Assembly: GCA_963845065.1 (NCBI GenBank)
Contig: CAWJQQ010000009.1
Location: forward strand, 1,184,001-1,248,000
Direction of reading: 5' to 3'
Origin: Nitrospirota bacterium
GTDB lineage: Bacteria > Nitrospirota > UBA9217
DNA: 64,000 bases
In this document: positions 9,740 through 19,949 of the stretch, in pieces
Numbering within the stretch: position 1 is the first letter of the stretch
Layout: each line of letters starts with the position of its first letter
Program-made: the position numbers and the translations under genes
The notes under the pieces: generated by a model
What the model was told of the DNA's origin: nothing
Databases searched by the model: none
What the model saw: only the letters and a program-made list of their open reading frames with translations

Positions 9740-12037
9740 TCAGACTTTAGCCGTCTTATCTTCGGTCAGTAACGCCTGATCCTCAATCTTCGGCTCTTCT
9801 TTGTATCCGCAGTCTTTCTTCAAGCAGGTGATTGAGATGCCGGTCTTCTTTGAGTATTTTTCCACGAGGAAGGGCGCATTACACTGCGGGCAGGGTCGGG
9901 GTAGGGGTTTGTTCCAGATTGCGAACTTGCAATTGGGGTAGTTGGCGCAGGAATAGAACATTTTCCCGAAGCGAGAACGCCGCTCAACAAGCTTGCCGCC
10001 GTCTTCAGGGCAAAGTACGCCCGTAGACATTCCTTGAGTATACTTGCACTCCGGGTAGCGTGAACAGGCAAGAAACTTTCCAAACCGGCCTCGTTTAATC
10101 ATCATGGCGGCGTTGCACTTTGGACATTTCTCGTCAGACGTTTCTTCCGGCGTAGCCTCCACCACCCCGTTCTCGTTTCGTACAAAGGGCTTGGTGGTTT
10201 TGCAATCGGGATACCCGCTGCAGGCGAGGAACTGGCCGTTCCTGCCCCACTTGACCACCATGGGCTTTCCGCATTTTTCACAGGCAATGTCGGTAGGTGT
10301 TTGCTCGGCCTTGAAGTCCTTCATCTCAGCCTGGGCTTTTTCGAGGCTTTCGCTAAATGGTTTGTAAAAGATTTTTACCGCTTCTACCCAAGGCATCTTG
10401 CCTTCTTCTATTTGATCGAGGTCCTCTTCCATTTTGGCAGTGAAAGCAACATCCATGACCACCGGGAAATGGCTGACAAGGAGGTCGTTCACGAGAACCC
10501 CCAGTTCAGTAGGACGAAACTTATTCTCAATCTTGTTCACATAGTCGCGTTCTTGGATGGTCGAAATAATCGCTGCATAGGTGCTCGGCCTGCCGATGCC
10601 CTTTTCTTCCAGGGTTTTTACAAGCAATGCTTCAGAAAACCGTGGCGGCGGTTGAGTGAAGTGCTGCTTGGGATCCAGCTGGACGAGGGTAAGTTTTTCA
10701 CCTTCGTTCAGGGGCGGCAAGACAGCTTCTCCATTCTCTTCTTCCGACGAGGTTTGGTCCTCAGACTTCTCTTCCAAATATACGGCCATGAAACCCTGGA
10801 ATTTTACGATAGATCCGGTTGCTCTAAACATGTAATCGTTTGCCTTGACATCGACCGATGTTTGGTCGATGATTGCAGGGTTCATCTGGCTTGCCACGAA
10901 GCGGTTCCAGATGAGCTTATAGAGTTTATACTGGTCAGGTACGAGATATTGTTTTATAGTTTCGGGTTCGCGCAATACCGAAGTAGGCCTGACAGCCTCA
11001 TGTGCTTCTTGGGCTGACTTGGCACTGGCGTAGACGGGTGGTTTTTCAGGCAGATAATCTTTGCCGAATTTATTCACGATGAATTCTCGGGCATCGTCCT
11101 GCGCTTCTTTGCCAACGCGGGTCGAGTCGGTCCTCATGTACGTAATAAGACCGACAGTCCCTTCTTTGCCGAGATCGACGCCTTCGTAGAGTGACTGGGC
11201 AATGCCCATTGTCCTCTTAGATGTGAAGCCGAGCTTACGGCCGCCTTCCTGCTGGAGCTTGCTCGTCGTGAAGGGCGGAACCGGGTTACGCCGCCGCTCT
11301 TTCTTGTCAATTTTGGAAACAATATAGGTTGCGCCCTGGAGGTCAACAATGACCTTTTGCGCTTCTTCATTGTTCTTGACTTTGAGCTTCTCTTCGTCTT
11401 TTTTAAAAAGTTTTGCCTCAAACTGCGGCGGTAGTTTTCCTTCGAGCAGGGCTGTAATCGACCAGAACTCTTCCGGCACGAAAGCTTTTATCTCTTCTTC
11501 ACGCTCGCAGATCAATCGCAGGGCCACGGACTGTACTCGACCTGCCGAGAGCCCGCGCCGCACTTTTTTCCAGAGAATGGGGCTGATCTGGTAGCCCACG
11601 AGGCGGTCAAGAACGCGTCGCGCCTGCTGGGCGTCAACTTTGTTTATATCGATCTTTCCGGGATGTTCTATGGATTGAAGAATCGCTTTTTTTGTTATTT
11701 CATTGAAGAGTACGCGGTACACCTCAGTGGTTTTGGCGCTTCCTGAAAGGACCTCGGCGACGTGGAATGCGATGGCCTCGCCCTCACGGTCCGGGTCTGT
11801 TGCGAGGAGGATGCGATCTGCTTTTTTTGCGGCGGATTTGAGCTCTTTAACGACCGGACCCTTGCCCTTGATCTGGATGTAGCTCGGCTCGAAGTTATTT
11901 TCGATGTCTACACCGAGTTTGCTCTTGGGCAGATCCATGATGTGACCAACTGAGGCTTTGACCGTATAGTCCTTGCCAAGATACTTGGCGATGGTCTTTG
12001 CCTTCGCGGGCGACTCAACTATGACGAGTGATTTCAT
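9740..12037 (-). CDS. topA: DNA topoisomerase I
   Basis: LVIVESPAKAK, DPDREGEAI, GRVQS, ITYMRTDS and C-terminal zinc ribbons. Confidence 0.98.
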   Translation of the reverse strand: MKSLVIVESPAKAKTIAKYLGKDYTVKASVGHIMDLPKSKLGVDIENNFEPSYIQIKGKGPVVKELKSAAKKADRILLATDPDREGEAIAFHVAEVLSGSAKTTEVYRVLFNEITKKAILQSIEHPGKIDINKVDAQQARRVLDRLVGYQISPILWKKVRRGLSAGRVQSVALRLICEREEEIKAFVPEEFWSITALLEGKLPPQFEAKLFKKDEEKLKVKNNEEAQKVIVDLQGATYIVSKIDKKERRRNPVPPFTTSKLQQEGGRKLGFTSKRTMGIAQSLYEGVDLGKEGTVGLITYMRTDSTRVGKEAQDDAREFIVNKFGKDYLPEKPPVYASAKSAQEAHEAVRPTSVLREPETIKQYLVPDQYKLYKLIWNRFVASQMNPAIIDQTSVDVKANDYMFRATGSIVKFQGFMAVYLEEKSEDQTSSEEENGEAVLPPLNEGEKLTLVQLDPKQHFTQPPPRFSEALLVKTLEEKGIGRPSTYAAIISTIQERDYVNKIENKFRPTELGVLVNDLLVSHFPVVMDVAFTAKMEEDLDQIEEGKMPWVEAVKIFYKPFSESLEKAQAEMKDFKAEQTPTDIACEKCGKPMVVKWGRNGQFLACSGYPDCKTTKPFVRNENGVVEATPEETSDEKCPKCNAAMMIKRGRFGKFLACSRYPECKYTQGMSTGVLCPEDGGKLVERRSRFGKMFYSCANYPNCKFAIWNKPLPRPCPQCNAPFLVEKYSKKTGISITCLKKDCGYKEEPKIEDQALLTEDKTAKV

Positions 12038-12146
12038 TCTGATAAACCTTAAAACCTTTTATAAGCAAGAGTGTATTCTGCAAATTAAATAGGAATACTC
12101 TCCTCTGGCCATCAATTTATTCGCGTTCCCCTAGAAAATGAGTTCC

Positions 12147-12620
12147 TCAGTTCCAGGCTGTCGTCCTAATCTGGCGAATAATGATCTTGTCGTTCGCAAT
12201 GCTTTCATGATGAGGAGCAAAGAGTGTAAAAGCTATCAGGGTTTTGATATGGTCCAGCTCTATCCGTTCTGTGTAAACTGTCATGGCCCGTTCTAGTAGT
12301 TCTTCGCACTGGTCTCCTGATATGATTCCGAGGTGCGTGAGCTTTGTAACAAAACCGAAGGCATCAATGGTGAAACGCTCGCGCTCTTCCCTGTTCATCG
12401 CCCGCAAACCAGATGATGGTATGTCTGCCGGGGCAAATAACTCTTCAGACTGCTTTTGCACGAGGGTTTGCATGAGCGTCAATGCCGCGTCCGCTTCATG
12501 AAGCCGATATCCATCGTTCAGCAAAGCCTGCATGATCTTTCCCTCTTCATCAAAGAGTTCCTGTCTGTTCTGCACCTGGTCTGCAATAAGCGAGAACAAG
12601 TGCATCATCCGTACGTCCAC
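12147..12620 (-). CDS. smg: DUF494/Smg family protein
   Basis: Size, LRAMNREERERFT..AFGFV..L..LGII pattern, and position upstream of topA. Confidence 0.75.
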   Translation of the reverse strand: MDVRMMHLFSLIADQVQNRQELFDEEGKIMQALLNDGYRLHEADAALTLMQTLVQKQSEELFAPADIPSSGLRAMNREERERFTIDAFGFVTKLTHLGIISGDQCEELLERAMTVYTERIELDHIKTLIAFTLFAPHHESIANDKIIIRQIRTTAWN

Positions 12621-12732
12621 ACTGTACTCCTATCATACCGCAAGTCACGCTTTCGAAAGAGTCATACGAAAAAAAATAACGCTTTCATTGCAGCAGGTAA
12701 CTATGCGGTCGTTCTTTATATTCTACTTGTAT

Positions 12733-13180
12733 AAAATACTTCCCTAGGAGACGTTTTGCAAGCCCTTTCGATTTGAGAACGAGCAGGACGCCATTCAGCA
12801 TTCCCTGTGAGATGCATCTTTCGATCATGATCCTGTCAATAATGTGACTTGATTCATTTACTACGCAAAAAAACACGGTTCCAACTCCTTGTGTGAACAC
12901 CGTAAGAGTGTGTCTATTCGTTATGACTGAGCTGGACCGGCTTTTGCCACCGAATCCGCTCAGAATGTTCCAAGTGCGTTACTCGAAAATCGTGCCTTGT
13001 TTGAATACTGTATATATATACCCCGGCTTGTCGGCGTGATTGTAGATCGCCGCGGCCTGCGCCGAGTCTATGCTCTGTAGAGCCGAAGGGGTCGATGAGT
13101 CTTTTGAAAACCGTTCTGTCCACGCCGGGAGAGCTTCCTTTTCTTATCGACTACAGAATAGTTCCCGGTGTGTTTTTCAT
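12733..13180 (-). pseudogene. dprA: dprA remnant (N-terminal start and C-terminal winged helix only)
   Basis: PGVDRTVFKRLIDPFGS resembles the DprA N-terminus. SHIIDRIM...LNGVLLVLKSKGLAKRLLGKYF resembles the DprA winged helix. Sits in the canonical dprA-smg-topA position. Confidence 0.7.
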
Positions 13181-13359
13181 CAGACGGTTCGTCGCTTCGC
13201 GTTTTGGCTTTTTTGCACTTAGGGTCGAAATTATACAGACTCACAGGAGATAGTCAAGTTTTTTTTTGCAGTCCTGTTCTAAGTGTGCTATTTTAAGGTC
13301 ATCATTTCACCATGATTGCAAAAACGTGCTACGGTAACGAATGTGATCAGGAAATCGGC

Positions 13360-13962
13360 ATGGCGCAGATTATAAAAGCGGTTCTCTTTGATTTCGGCGG
13401 TGTCATAGCAGAAGAGGGGTTTTTTGAGGGGCTGCAGGCTATTGGGGGAAAAAACGGGCTCGATCCAAAAGAGTTCTTTAGAATTGTTGATTCTCTTATA
13501 TATGAGACGGGATATCTCATCGGGACTGCTGGTGAAGCAGAGTTCTGGAATGCCGTCAGGAACAGGACCGGAATTACGGACGATGATGAATCGCTGAAAA
13601 GGGAAATTCTTTGCAGATTTGTGATCAGGCCTGATATGCTCTCAGATGCCGACACTCTGAGGAGCCGCGGCATGAAAGTCGCAATGCTGAGCGACCAAAC
13701 CAACTGGCTTGATGAAATCAATGAAAGTACATTGCTGTTTCAGCATTTCGACTGGGTCTTTAATTCCTACCATATCCACAAGAGTAAGCGCGATGAGTCG
13801 GTATTTGTTGATGTCTGTTCAGCACTCGGCACACTGCGTGAACAAACGCTTTTCATTGATGACAATATCAACCATATCATCCGTGCTCAACGCCAAGGAT
13901 TACAGACAATCCATTTCGTTACGAGGAAGGATTTCGAAATGCGACTGCGTGATTATATGTAA
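13360..13962 (+). CDS. HAD-family phosphatase
   Basis: AVLFDFGGV motif I, LSDQ motif II, LFIDD motif IV. Confidence 0.9.
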   Translation: MAQIIKAVLFDFGGVIAEEGFFEGLQAIGGKNGLDPKEFFRIVDSLIYETGYLIGTAGEAEFWNAVRNRTGITDDDESLKREILCRFVIRPDMLSDADTLRSRGMKVAMLSDQTNWLDEINESTLLFQHFDWVFNSYHIHKSKRDESVFVDVCSALGTLREQTLFIDDNINHIIRAQRQGLQTIHFVTRKDFEMRLRDYM

Positions 13963-14007
13963 TGAAGGATCGAAGGACAGGGTGGAACTGTCGCCAAAAG
14001 GAGAGCT

Positions 14008-14601
14008 ATGAAGGTAATCGCATTTAACGGCAGTCCGAGAAAGGGAGGCAACACAGAGATACTTCTCGTCGAGTCCATAAGGGGTGTTAACGACCAGGGC
14101 GGCGATGTGACGACATACAACCTTGATTCGCTTAATCTTCGTCCGTGCCTCAACTGCGGCAAATGCGACAACGAAGGGCTTTGTGTAGTCAAGGACGATA
14201 TGCAGACGATTCACCAGGCAATCCGGAGTGCAGACAGGATTATTGTTTCTTCTCCCATTTTTTTCTTCAGCGTGAGCGCCCAGATCAAAATCATGATAGA
14301 CAGATGCCAGGCTTTTTGGGCAGAGAAATACGTGCATAAAAAACCGGTCCCTCCGGGTACGTTCGGACGCAAAGGGTTGCTGCTGCTGGTCGGTGGAATG
14401 AAAAAAAATGAGAGGAATGTAGGATTTCAATGCGCAGAAGCGACTGTACGGGCATTTTTCCGGACCATTAATGTTCAGGAACACGTCACCCTGGCATTTG
14501 ATGCCATTGATAAGAAGGGCGCAATCAAAGACCATCCAATGGCATTGCACGATGCCTATGAGGAAGGGAAAAGGCTGGTTACTTTAAATGTCACATCCTA
14601 G
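14008..14601 (+). CDS. Flavodoxin-like iron-sulfur flavoprotein / NADPH-dependent FMN reductase
   Basis: GSPRKGGNT, CxxCxxC-x5-C, DDM, SPIFF. Confidence 0.9.
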   Translation: MKVIAFNGSPRKGGNTEILLVESIRGVNDQGGDVTTYNLDSLNLRPCLNCGKCDNEGLCVVKDDMQTIHQAIRSADRIIVSSPIFFFSVSAQIKIMIDRCQAFWAEKYVHKKPVPPGTFGRKGLLLLVGGMKKNERNVGFQCAEATVRAFFRTINVQEHVTLAFDAIDKKGAIKDHPMALHDAYEEGKRLVTLNVTS

Positions 14602-14793
14602 GCAGGAAGAACCCGAACGATAAGGCATTTCACATAAAGTCGCAAAAGTTCAAAACTTAGAATTGCTGCGTCTTGCGTGGCTGGTTTGCGTCTGCTTTTT
14701 GGCAACGTCAGTTTGCAGATTAGGCTAATGCTGCCAACTCGACTGACCAACCCATTCTTTGTAACCATGGGGAGAGGCCAGTTTTCATATCTG

Positions 14794-15342
14794 CTAAAGC
14801 CCCAGTGCTTTGCGCGCCAATTCTACCAGTCCGAACACCTTAAGGTCAACGAGTGTGTTTTTTTTCTGGGATTCGCTGAGGAAGTCCTGCGCCGTTCGCA
14901 GCGGGACCTCGATGACCTCGATGATCTCGTTATCATCACCGCCACTTTTGCCTACGTGCTCCAACTCGGTGCAAAGATAAGCCCGGAGAGCCTCAGTGGA
15001 TGCTCCCGTCGATATAGGTCCTTCGGCGAGGAAATCAAGCTTTCCTGCCGACCATCCTGTCTCTTCAATCAGTTCTCGTTTTGCTGCGACTTCCATTGAT
15101 TCATTTGACTCGACAAGACCAGCCGGGAGTTCGATGACGTCTCGGCCAACCGGTGGTCTGAACTGCTTTTCGAGAATGACGTTGCCAGTCGGTGTGACCG
15201 CAACCATCACGACGATGCCGCCGACACCCACACGCTCGAGAGCTTCCCAGGTACGCACGATGCCACGCGCATCGCGGTAGGTGATTTCTACGGCGCTCAT
15301 GAATTTACCCTTCCAAACGATTTTTTTGCTAATGACTTCCAT
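14794..15342 (-). CDS. NUDIX hydrolase (ADP-ribose pyrophosphatase-like)
   Basis: QFRPP, ELPAGLVE...AAKRELIEETG Nudix box. Confidence 0.9.
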   Translation of the reverse strand: MEVISKKIVWKGKFMSAVEITYRDARGIVRTWEALERVGVGGIVVMVAVTPTGNVILEKQFRPPVGRDVIELPAGLVESNESMEVAAKRELIEETGWSAGKLDFLAEGPISTGASTEALRAYLCTELEHVGKSGGDDNEIIEVIEVPLRTAQDFLSESQKKNTLVDLKVFGLVELARKALGL

Positions 15343-15476
15343 GATAAAATTTATAGAGTGTAATCCGAAGGTAATAGGAATGTCAAGGTACGGACAGTGT
15401 TGGTCAAAAGTAAAACTTCTGACGCTATCTGCGTCTCCCTATATTCTGCCTAGTGCTCGATACTTGCATTTTTTAC

Positions 15477-17163
15477 CAAACTATCCGCAGAAAGCCCCTG
15501 GTTTTAACCATGGGGATGAATGCGGGAACTTTGTTTTTCGGCAATTAATAGCCAAATGTACATCTATGTGGTATATTTGAGCAACCAATGCCTCGTAAAC
15601 GTAAACCTAAAACCCCATCTTTTGTTCACGAGTTCCAACTCGTAGTGACTCCAAAAGACAATCGAATGCTTAATGTCCGACTCGAAGCTGGTCGTTATCT
15701 ATATAATGCCTGTCTTGGTGAAGCGATGAAACGTCTTGCCGCCATGCGTAGCTCTAAAAAATGGCGTTCAGCGATCAAGAAGAAAAAGAGCAAGCTACGC
15801 ACTAAAATGTTCAAGACAGCCAGAAACATAGCTGAATATACCGAATACCATCTCCATGATTATGTCGGGAGCCTCCGCAATTCGTGCTGGATCGGAGACC
15901 ATATTGACAGCCTGGCCGCCCAAAAGATAGCATCTCGAGCATATAGCGCCGTCTCCGACTACGAGTTCGGGAAGCATGGGAAACCACGGTTCAAGCGTCG
16001 TGGCTGGATGTCTTCGCTCGAAGGCAAAAACAACAAGTCTGGTATTCGGTGGTGCGATGACCATGTTGAATGGTCTGGACTTAGCCTTACCTGTGTCTTC
16101 GACAAAAAAGACAAGTTTGGCGTTCAGGCACATGCGCTTAGCCATGATGTTAAATATGTTCGTTTGGTGAAGAAAACCATCTGCGGCAACGCCTGCTGGT
16201 TCGCCCAACTCGTGCTTAAAGGCACGGCCAGGATCAAGCGTGAAAATATGATCGGCACCGAAACTGTCGGCCTTGATATTGGTCCATCCACGGGTGCTAT
16301 CGTTAGCGATACCGATGCGTTGCTCGTAGCATTTTGTCCGGAAGTCGAGGTTCCGTACAAACAAATCCGCGTGGTTCAGCGTAAGATGGCCAGAAGCCTG
16401 AGGGCTACCAACCCGGACAACTACAACGAAGACGGCACGACTAAGACTGGTGCCGGCAAGGGTAAAAAGCGGTGGATATTCTCTGCTAAATACCGTGCGC
16501 TTAAGGCTGAACTAGCCGAGCTACAGCGAGTTTTGGCTGAAACCAGAAAACGGGCTCATGGCACGTTAGCCAATGAAATTCTTAAGCTCGGAACCAACAT
16601 AAAGACCGAGAAACTGTCGTACAGAGCATTCCAGAAACTCTATGGTAAAAGTATTTCAAGACGCGCTCCGGGGATGTTTATTTCGATGCTTCGCCGCAAA
16701 GCCGAAAACGCTGGCGGTAAAGTAACTGAATTTTCTACCCGGAGCACGAAGCTTTCAGAGACATGCCACTGCGGGGAAGTCGCCAAAAAACCGCTATCCC
16801 AAAGATGGCATGACTGTAACTGCGGGGTAAACACTCAACGCGATCTCTACTCCGCATATCTTGCAAAATATGTTTTTGAAAATGTCCTCGACACGCGTCA
16901 AGCCGCAGCAGCTTGGCCGGGTGCAAACCTGCTCCTGGAACGGGCGGTGTTGAGGGTGCAGCTTGAAGCGGCAAATGGTCGGATTCATCCGGCCAGCTTC
17001 GGTATTAACAACATGAGAGCCAACACCACGAACCGGAGACAGAGTTGCTTGCCCGTTAAAAACGGATCAACGATAGTCGATGCCGGCAACGTCTGTATTG
17101 TTGCCGAAAAGCCTGTCGGTATTGCCGTTAGAACCCCCTGTCTTTAGACATGGGGTAGGTCAG
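15477..17163 (+). mobile_element. Non-autonomous IS200/IS605 (IS1341-type) element carrying only tnpB
   Basis: TTTAC at 15472-15476, then left-end hairpin GCCCCTGGTTTTAACCATGGGG. Right-end hairpin CCCCTGTCTTTAGACATGGGG ends GGTCAG at 17163. No tnpA. Confidence 0.85.
15588..17147 (+). CDS. tnpB: RNA-guided endonuclease TnpB
   Basis: RYLYNACL, RuvC D (VGLDIG), E (IKTEKL), D (QRDLYSA), zinc finger CHCG...CNCG. The C-terminal tail overlaps the expected omegaRNA region. Confidence 0.92.
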   Translation: MPRKRKPKTPSFVHEFQLVVTPKDNRMLNVRLEAGRYLYNACLGEAMKRLAAMRSSKKWRSAIKKKKSKLRTKMFKTARNIAEYTEYHLHDYVGSLRNSCWIGDHIDSLAAQKIASRAYSAVSDYEFGKHGKPRFKRRGWMSSLEGKNNKSGIRWCDDHVEWSGLSLTCVFDKKDKFGVQAHALSHDVKYVRLVKKTICGNACWFAQLVLKGTARIKRENMIGTETVGLDIGPSTGAIVSDTDALLVAFCPEVEVPYKQIRVVQRKMARSLRATNPDNYNEDGTTKTGAGKGKKRWIFSAKYRALKAELAELQRVLAETRKRAHGTLANEILKLGTNIKTEKLSYRAFQKLYGKSISRRAPGMFISMLRRKAENAGGKVTEFSTRSTKLSETCHCGEVAKKPLSQRWHDCNCGVNTQRDLYSAYLAKYVFENVLDTRQAAAAWPGANLLLERAVLRVQLEAANGRIHPASFGINNMRANTTNRRQSCLPVKNGSTIVDAGNVCIVAEKPVGIAVRTPCL

Positions 17164-17774
17164 AGCCACTTTCTCAAGTCCAAAGTCAGGGCAGCAGGAA
17201 TGATCGTGTCGACTTCACGGATCCGCTTACGGCCCGCTTTCTGGAACATAGCTTTTTGCAATTCTTTTTCTTCATCATAATGGTCGAAGATGGGAAAATC
17301 AGCCTCTGGGATGTCTTTAGTGAAATAACCGCACCCTTCGAGCCGGACTGCGCGACGCGGGCCGCGGATAGTTGGACCGAATATGCGGCAGATGTGCGGC
17401 CGTTGATTGTAGATCAGGCATGCGCCGTTGTCATCAAGGGCCGGGCATTGCATTTTAGCCGATCGGCGTGAAATAGAGTCGATAGCGGGCAGAGATTTGA
17501 GCAGCGGATCTTTCCGTGAAAAGGCTTTTTTCTTCTCCAAGATGTCGAGCTGTTCATTAGCCTTTGAAATCACACGATTCCTAATGTCTACAGAAACATC
17601 TTTCAACGCTGCCCGAATATGGATGGCATCTAGGAGCGTGATGTCGAAGAATCCTACCGAACAGCATTCATTGCAGCCGCGCTTGCAGCCTACACCGTGT
17701 TTTCTCGTTGCCTCACGAAATTTGTCACTGGATTTTTCAAGGAATTTTGCGTATTTTTTAACAATTCGTTGCAT
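17160..17774 (-). CDS. YkgJ/CxxCxxCC-family Fe-S or Zn cluster protein
   Basis: CKRGCNECC, CPALD..GACLIY..RPHICR. Confidence 0.88.
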   Translation of the reverse strand: MQRIVKKYAKFLEKSSDKFREATRKHGVGCKRGCNECCSVGFFDITLLDAIHIRAALKDVSVDIRNRVISKANEQLDILEKKKAFSRKDPLLKSLPAIDSISRRSAKMQCPALDDNGACLIYNQRPHICRIFGPTIRGPRRAVRLEGCGYFTKDIPEADFPIFDHYDEEKELQKAMFQKAGRKRIREVDTIIPAALTLDLRKWL

Positions 17775-18056
17775 TCAGATGGCACCTTCCAGAGAACAGT
17801 AGATAGAAAAACACAGTAAGGAATTATAGGGGTTGGGGGGCTATTTGTCAATAAGAAGCATCGTCGATAAGATTTCTGGAGGCATGAGGTATGAAAGCTG
17901 GGGGGTTCGGTCTCCGGTGTGCACTGTCGAAGCAGACCTGCGGTACACTATAAACTACGGGAGTTTTAGACAGTCCCTTAACAACGTTGCGGAACGTATA
18001 AAATGTTTTATGCTGATTCTCTATGGAGGCATTTAGCCTTCAGGATTGTTGCCTCT

Positions 18057-18629
18057 TCACTGACCAGCCATCGGGCCTCTGTCGCGGTTGCGGTCTCGGG
18101 CATTTAAGATCATGCGCTGGATCTCATGGCGGAATTCCTGCTGGAAGAGCAGGAACTGAGCCTGCTGTTCAATGGTCAGGATATCCTTGAGCCCGCTAAA
18201 TTCCTTGTCTCGCAGTTCCTGCATGGAGTGCTGGTTTTTCTGGAGCTTGTCGAGATCGTCTTTAACCCTGGTCTCGTCAATTTTCGGAGATTTCAAAAAG
18301 ACGCGCATTTCGCGCATGGTCGCCATCTGCTCATGCACGATCCTTTGACGTTGCTGATCGAAAGAACTGAGAAGGGAAGCCAGCTTTGCGCTCGTCGTGG
18401 TGTCAAGCTTTAGTTTTTCCGTTAGGCGCCATATCCTGATTGTCTCTATCTTCTTTCTAATCTCTTCCCGTTGTTCTTCAGATAAGGTGTTGCCGCGGCG
18501 TGGCTGATTCTCCAGCCCCATCATGTCATCATGCTGACCGGCACGGGGACCTTGCTGAGCGAATAAAGTCGGCGTCATAGCACTGAACGCTGTTGTTATC
18601 AGCGCGAGAGAAATTACGAATGCTCTCAT
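18057..18629 (-). CDS. Periplasmic Spy/CpxP-like protein
   Basis: Signal peptide, helical Q/E/K-rich body, LTIEQ (LTxxQ) motif; third gene of the ECF operon. Confidence 0.75.
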   Translation of the reverse strand: MRAFVISLALITTAFSAMTPTLFAQQGPRAGQHDDMMGLENQPRRGNTLSEEQREEIRKKIETIRIWRLTEKLKLDTTTSAKLASLLSSFDQQRQRIVHEQMATMREMRVFLKSPKIDETRVKDDLDKLQKNQHSMQELRDKEFSGLKDILTIEQQAQFLLFQQEFRHEIQRMILNARDRNRDRGPMAGQ

Positions 18630-18631
18630 TA

Positions 18632-19258
18632 TTATCCCTCCCGTTTCCATTGATCGAGCATAATAGAAAGCCGTTTGGCTTCTTTAGTATTCAATTCGGT
18701 AATTTCTTCATATACATCCGTATCAGCTGTATTCGCCATAACAGGCGCAGCCTCTTGGGCGATCGAGATCATTTCTCCTCCTGCCCAAGTTGCAATAGTA
18801 TCGAGCTGGTTGTGGTCGAGGTCATTCAGAGGCACTGCGTCGGCAACCATGATATCGGAAGTGGGCTCATAACCTTGCGATACTGTAACTGTCATTGCGG
18901 GTCCTCTCTGCGGCGTTTGCACGGCAAACCACAAGATAACCACTGCCAGTCCGACCGTACTTGCAGCTATCACCCAGCGCGGCAGGATGAGCCGGTCCGT
19001 AAACCACGAAAGCTCAAAAGACCATTTCCTCGCCTTCTGCGCCATGACAGCACCAAACACGCGGCTAGGCATTTTGTCCCAGTACCCTTCACCGGGGTCA
19101 GGAACTGATTCCTCATGCATCAAATGAAGAAGAGCCAAGTCTGCTCTGCAATCTCCGCATGATTCTATGTGTATCCTGACTCTCTCCTGCTCCTGTTTAT
19201 CAAGCACCTGTTCTATATAAGCAGGGATTAATTCTTTTATGTCTTTATTATTGCACAT
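18632..19258 (-). CDS. Zinc-finger (zf-HC2) membrane anti-sigma factor
   Basis: HIESCGDC ZAS motif, one TM helix, downstream of the ECF sigma gene. Confidence 0.88.
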   Translation of the reverse strand: MCNNKDIKELIPAYIEQVLDKQEQERVRIHIESCGDCRADLALLHLMHEESVPDPGEGYWDKMPSRVFGAVMAQKARKWSFELSWFTDRLILPRWVIAASTVGLAVVILWFAVQTPQRGPAMTVTVSQGYEPTSDIMVADAVPLNDLDHNQLDTIATWAGGEMISIAQEAAPVMANTADTDVYEEITELNTKEAKRLSIMLDQWKREG

Positions 19259-19350
19259 AATAATTTTTGCAGGCGGCCGGCCACCTAGTAAATCAGGCCT
19301 GCAGCAACACTGCTACTCCTTCATTTGCTGTCTTGTTTATCACTTCCGTA

Positions 19351-19899
19351 TCATGACTGTTGACCGCTGTTTATTTTCAAAAAGATTGCTTTTAATTTCT
19401 GCACTCCGTGATGAAAATTCGCTTTTGCAGTGCCTACAGAGCATTTCATAATTCCAGCTATTTCCTCAAATTTCTTTTCACTCTGCACCCTCAGCATCAG
19501 CGTGATGCGCTGCTTTTCAGGCAGCCGAGCAAGAGCTTGTCGAAGCAGCTGTCGATTCTCATTGGCGATCATGTTTTCAAGCGTCCGAGGGGCCCTCTTG
19601 ATTATAACGTCGTCAATAGGTATCTGTTCGATCCGTGAGCGTTCGCGGTATACGTTCTTGGCAAGGTTGATCGCGATCTGATACAACCAGGTTTTAAACG
19701 TCGCTCTGCGCTCGAACGTCTTCAAGCCGGTAAATGCCTTGACAAAGGTCTTTTGCAATAAGTCCGAAGCATCTTCATGGTTTCCTACCATTCGGTAGAG
19801 CATTGCGTAGAGCGGCTTCTGGTATTTTCTGACCAAGTCATTGAATGCTTCTCGCTCGCCGGCTTCGGTTCTGTTGATTAGATCGAGATCTTCGTCCAT
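19351..19899 (-). CDS. ECF RNA polymerase sigma factor
   Basis: AFNDLVRKYQ, FKTWLYQIAIN, LPEKQR, SVGTAK. Confidence 0.95.
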   Translation of the reverse strand: MDEDLDLINRTEAGEREAFNDLVRKYQKPLYAMLYRMVGNHEDASDLLQKTFVKAFTGLKTFERRATFKTWLYQIAINLAKNVYRERSRIEQIPIDDVIIKRAPRTLENMIANENRQLLRQALARLPEKQRITLMLRVQSEKKFEEIAGIMKCSVGTAKANFHHGVQKLKAIFLKINSGQQS

Positions 19900-19921
19900 A
19901 CATGTGCCGTCTGCTGATTAA

Positions 19922-19949
19922 TAAGACACCAATCACGGGAAAAGGTTGA
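19922..19949 (-). promoter_or_regulatory. Putative autoregulated ECF promoter (AAC-N17-GTC)
   Basis: Minus strand TCAACCTTTTCCCGTGATTGGTGTCTTA just upstream of the ECF start. Confidence 0.5.

Noticed and set aside
15477..17163. IStron (group I intron fused to IS) suggested by the TCAG end
   Set aside because: Only ~110 bp lie between the left end and tnpB, leaving no room for a ribozyme core.
17148..17260. CRISPR array beside tnpB (Cas12f-like)
   Set aside because: No repeat-spacer array; the flank is a host gene.
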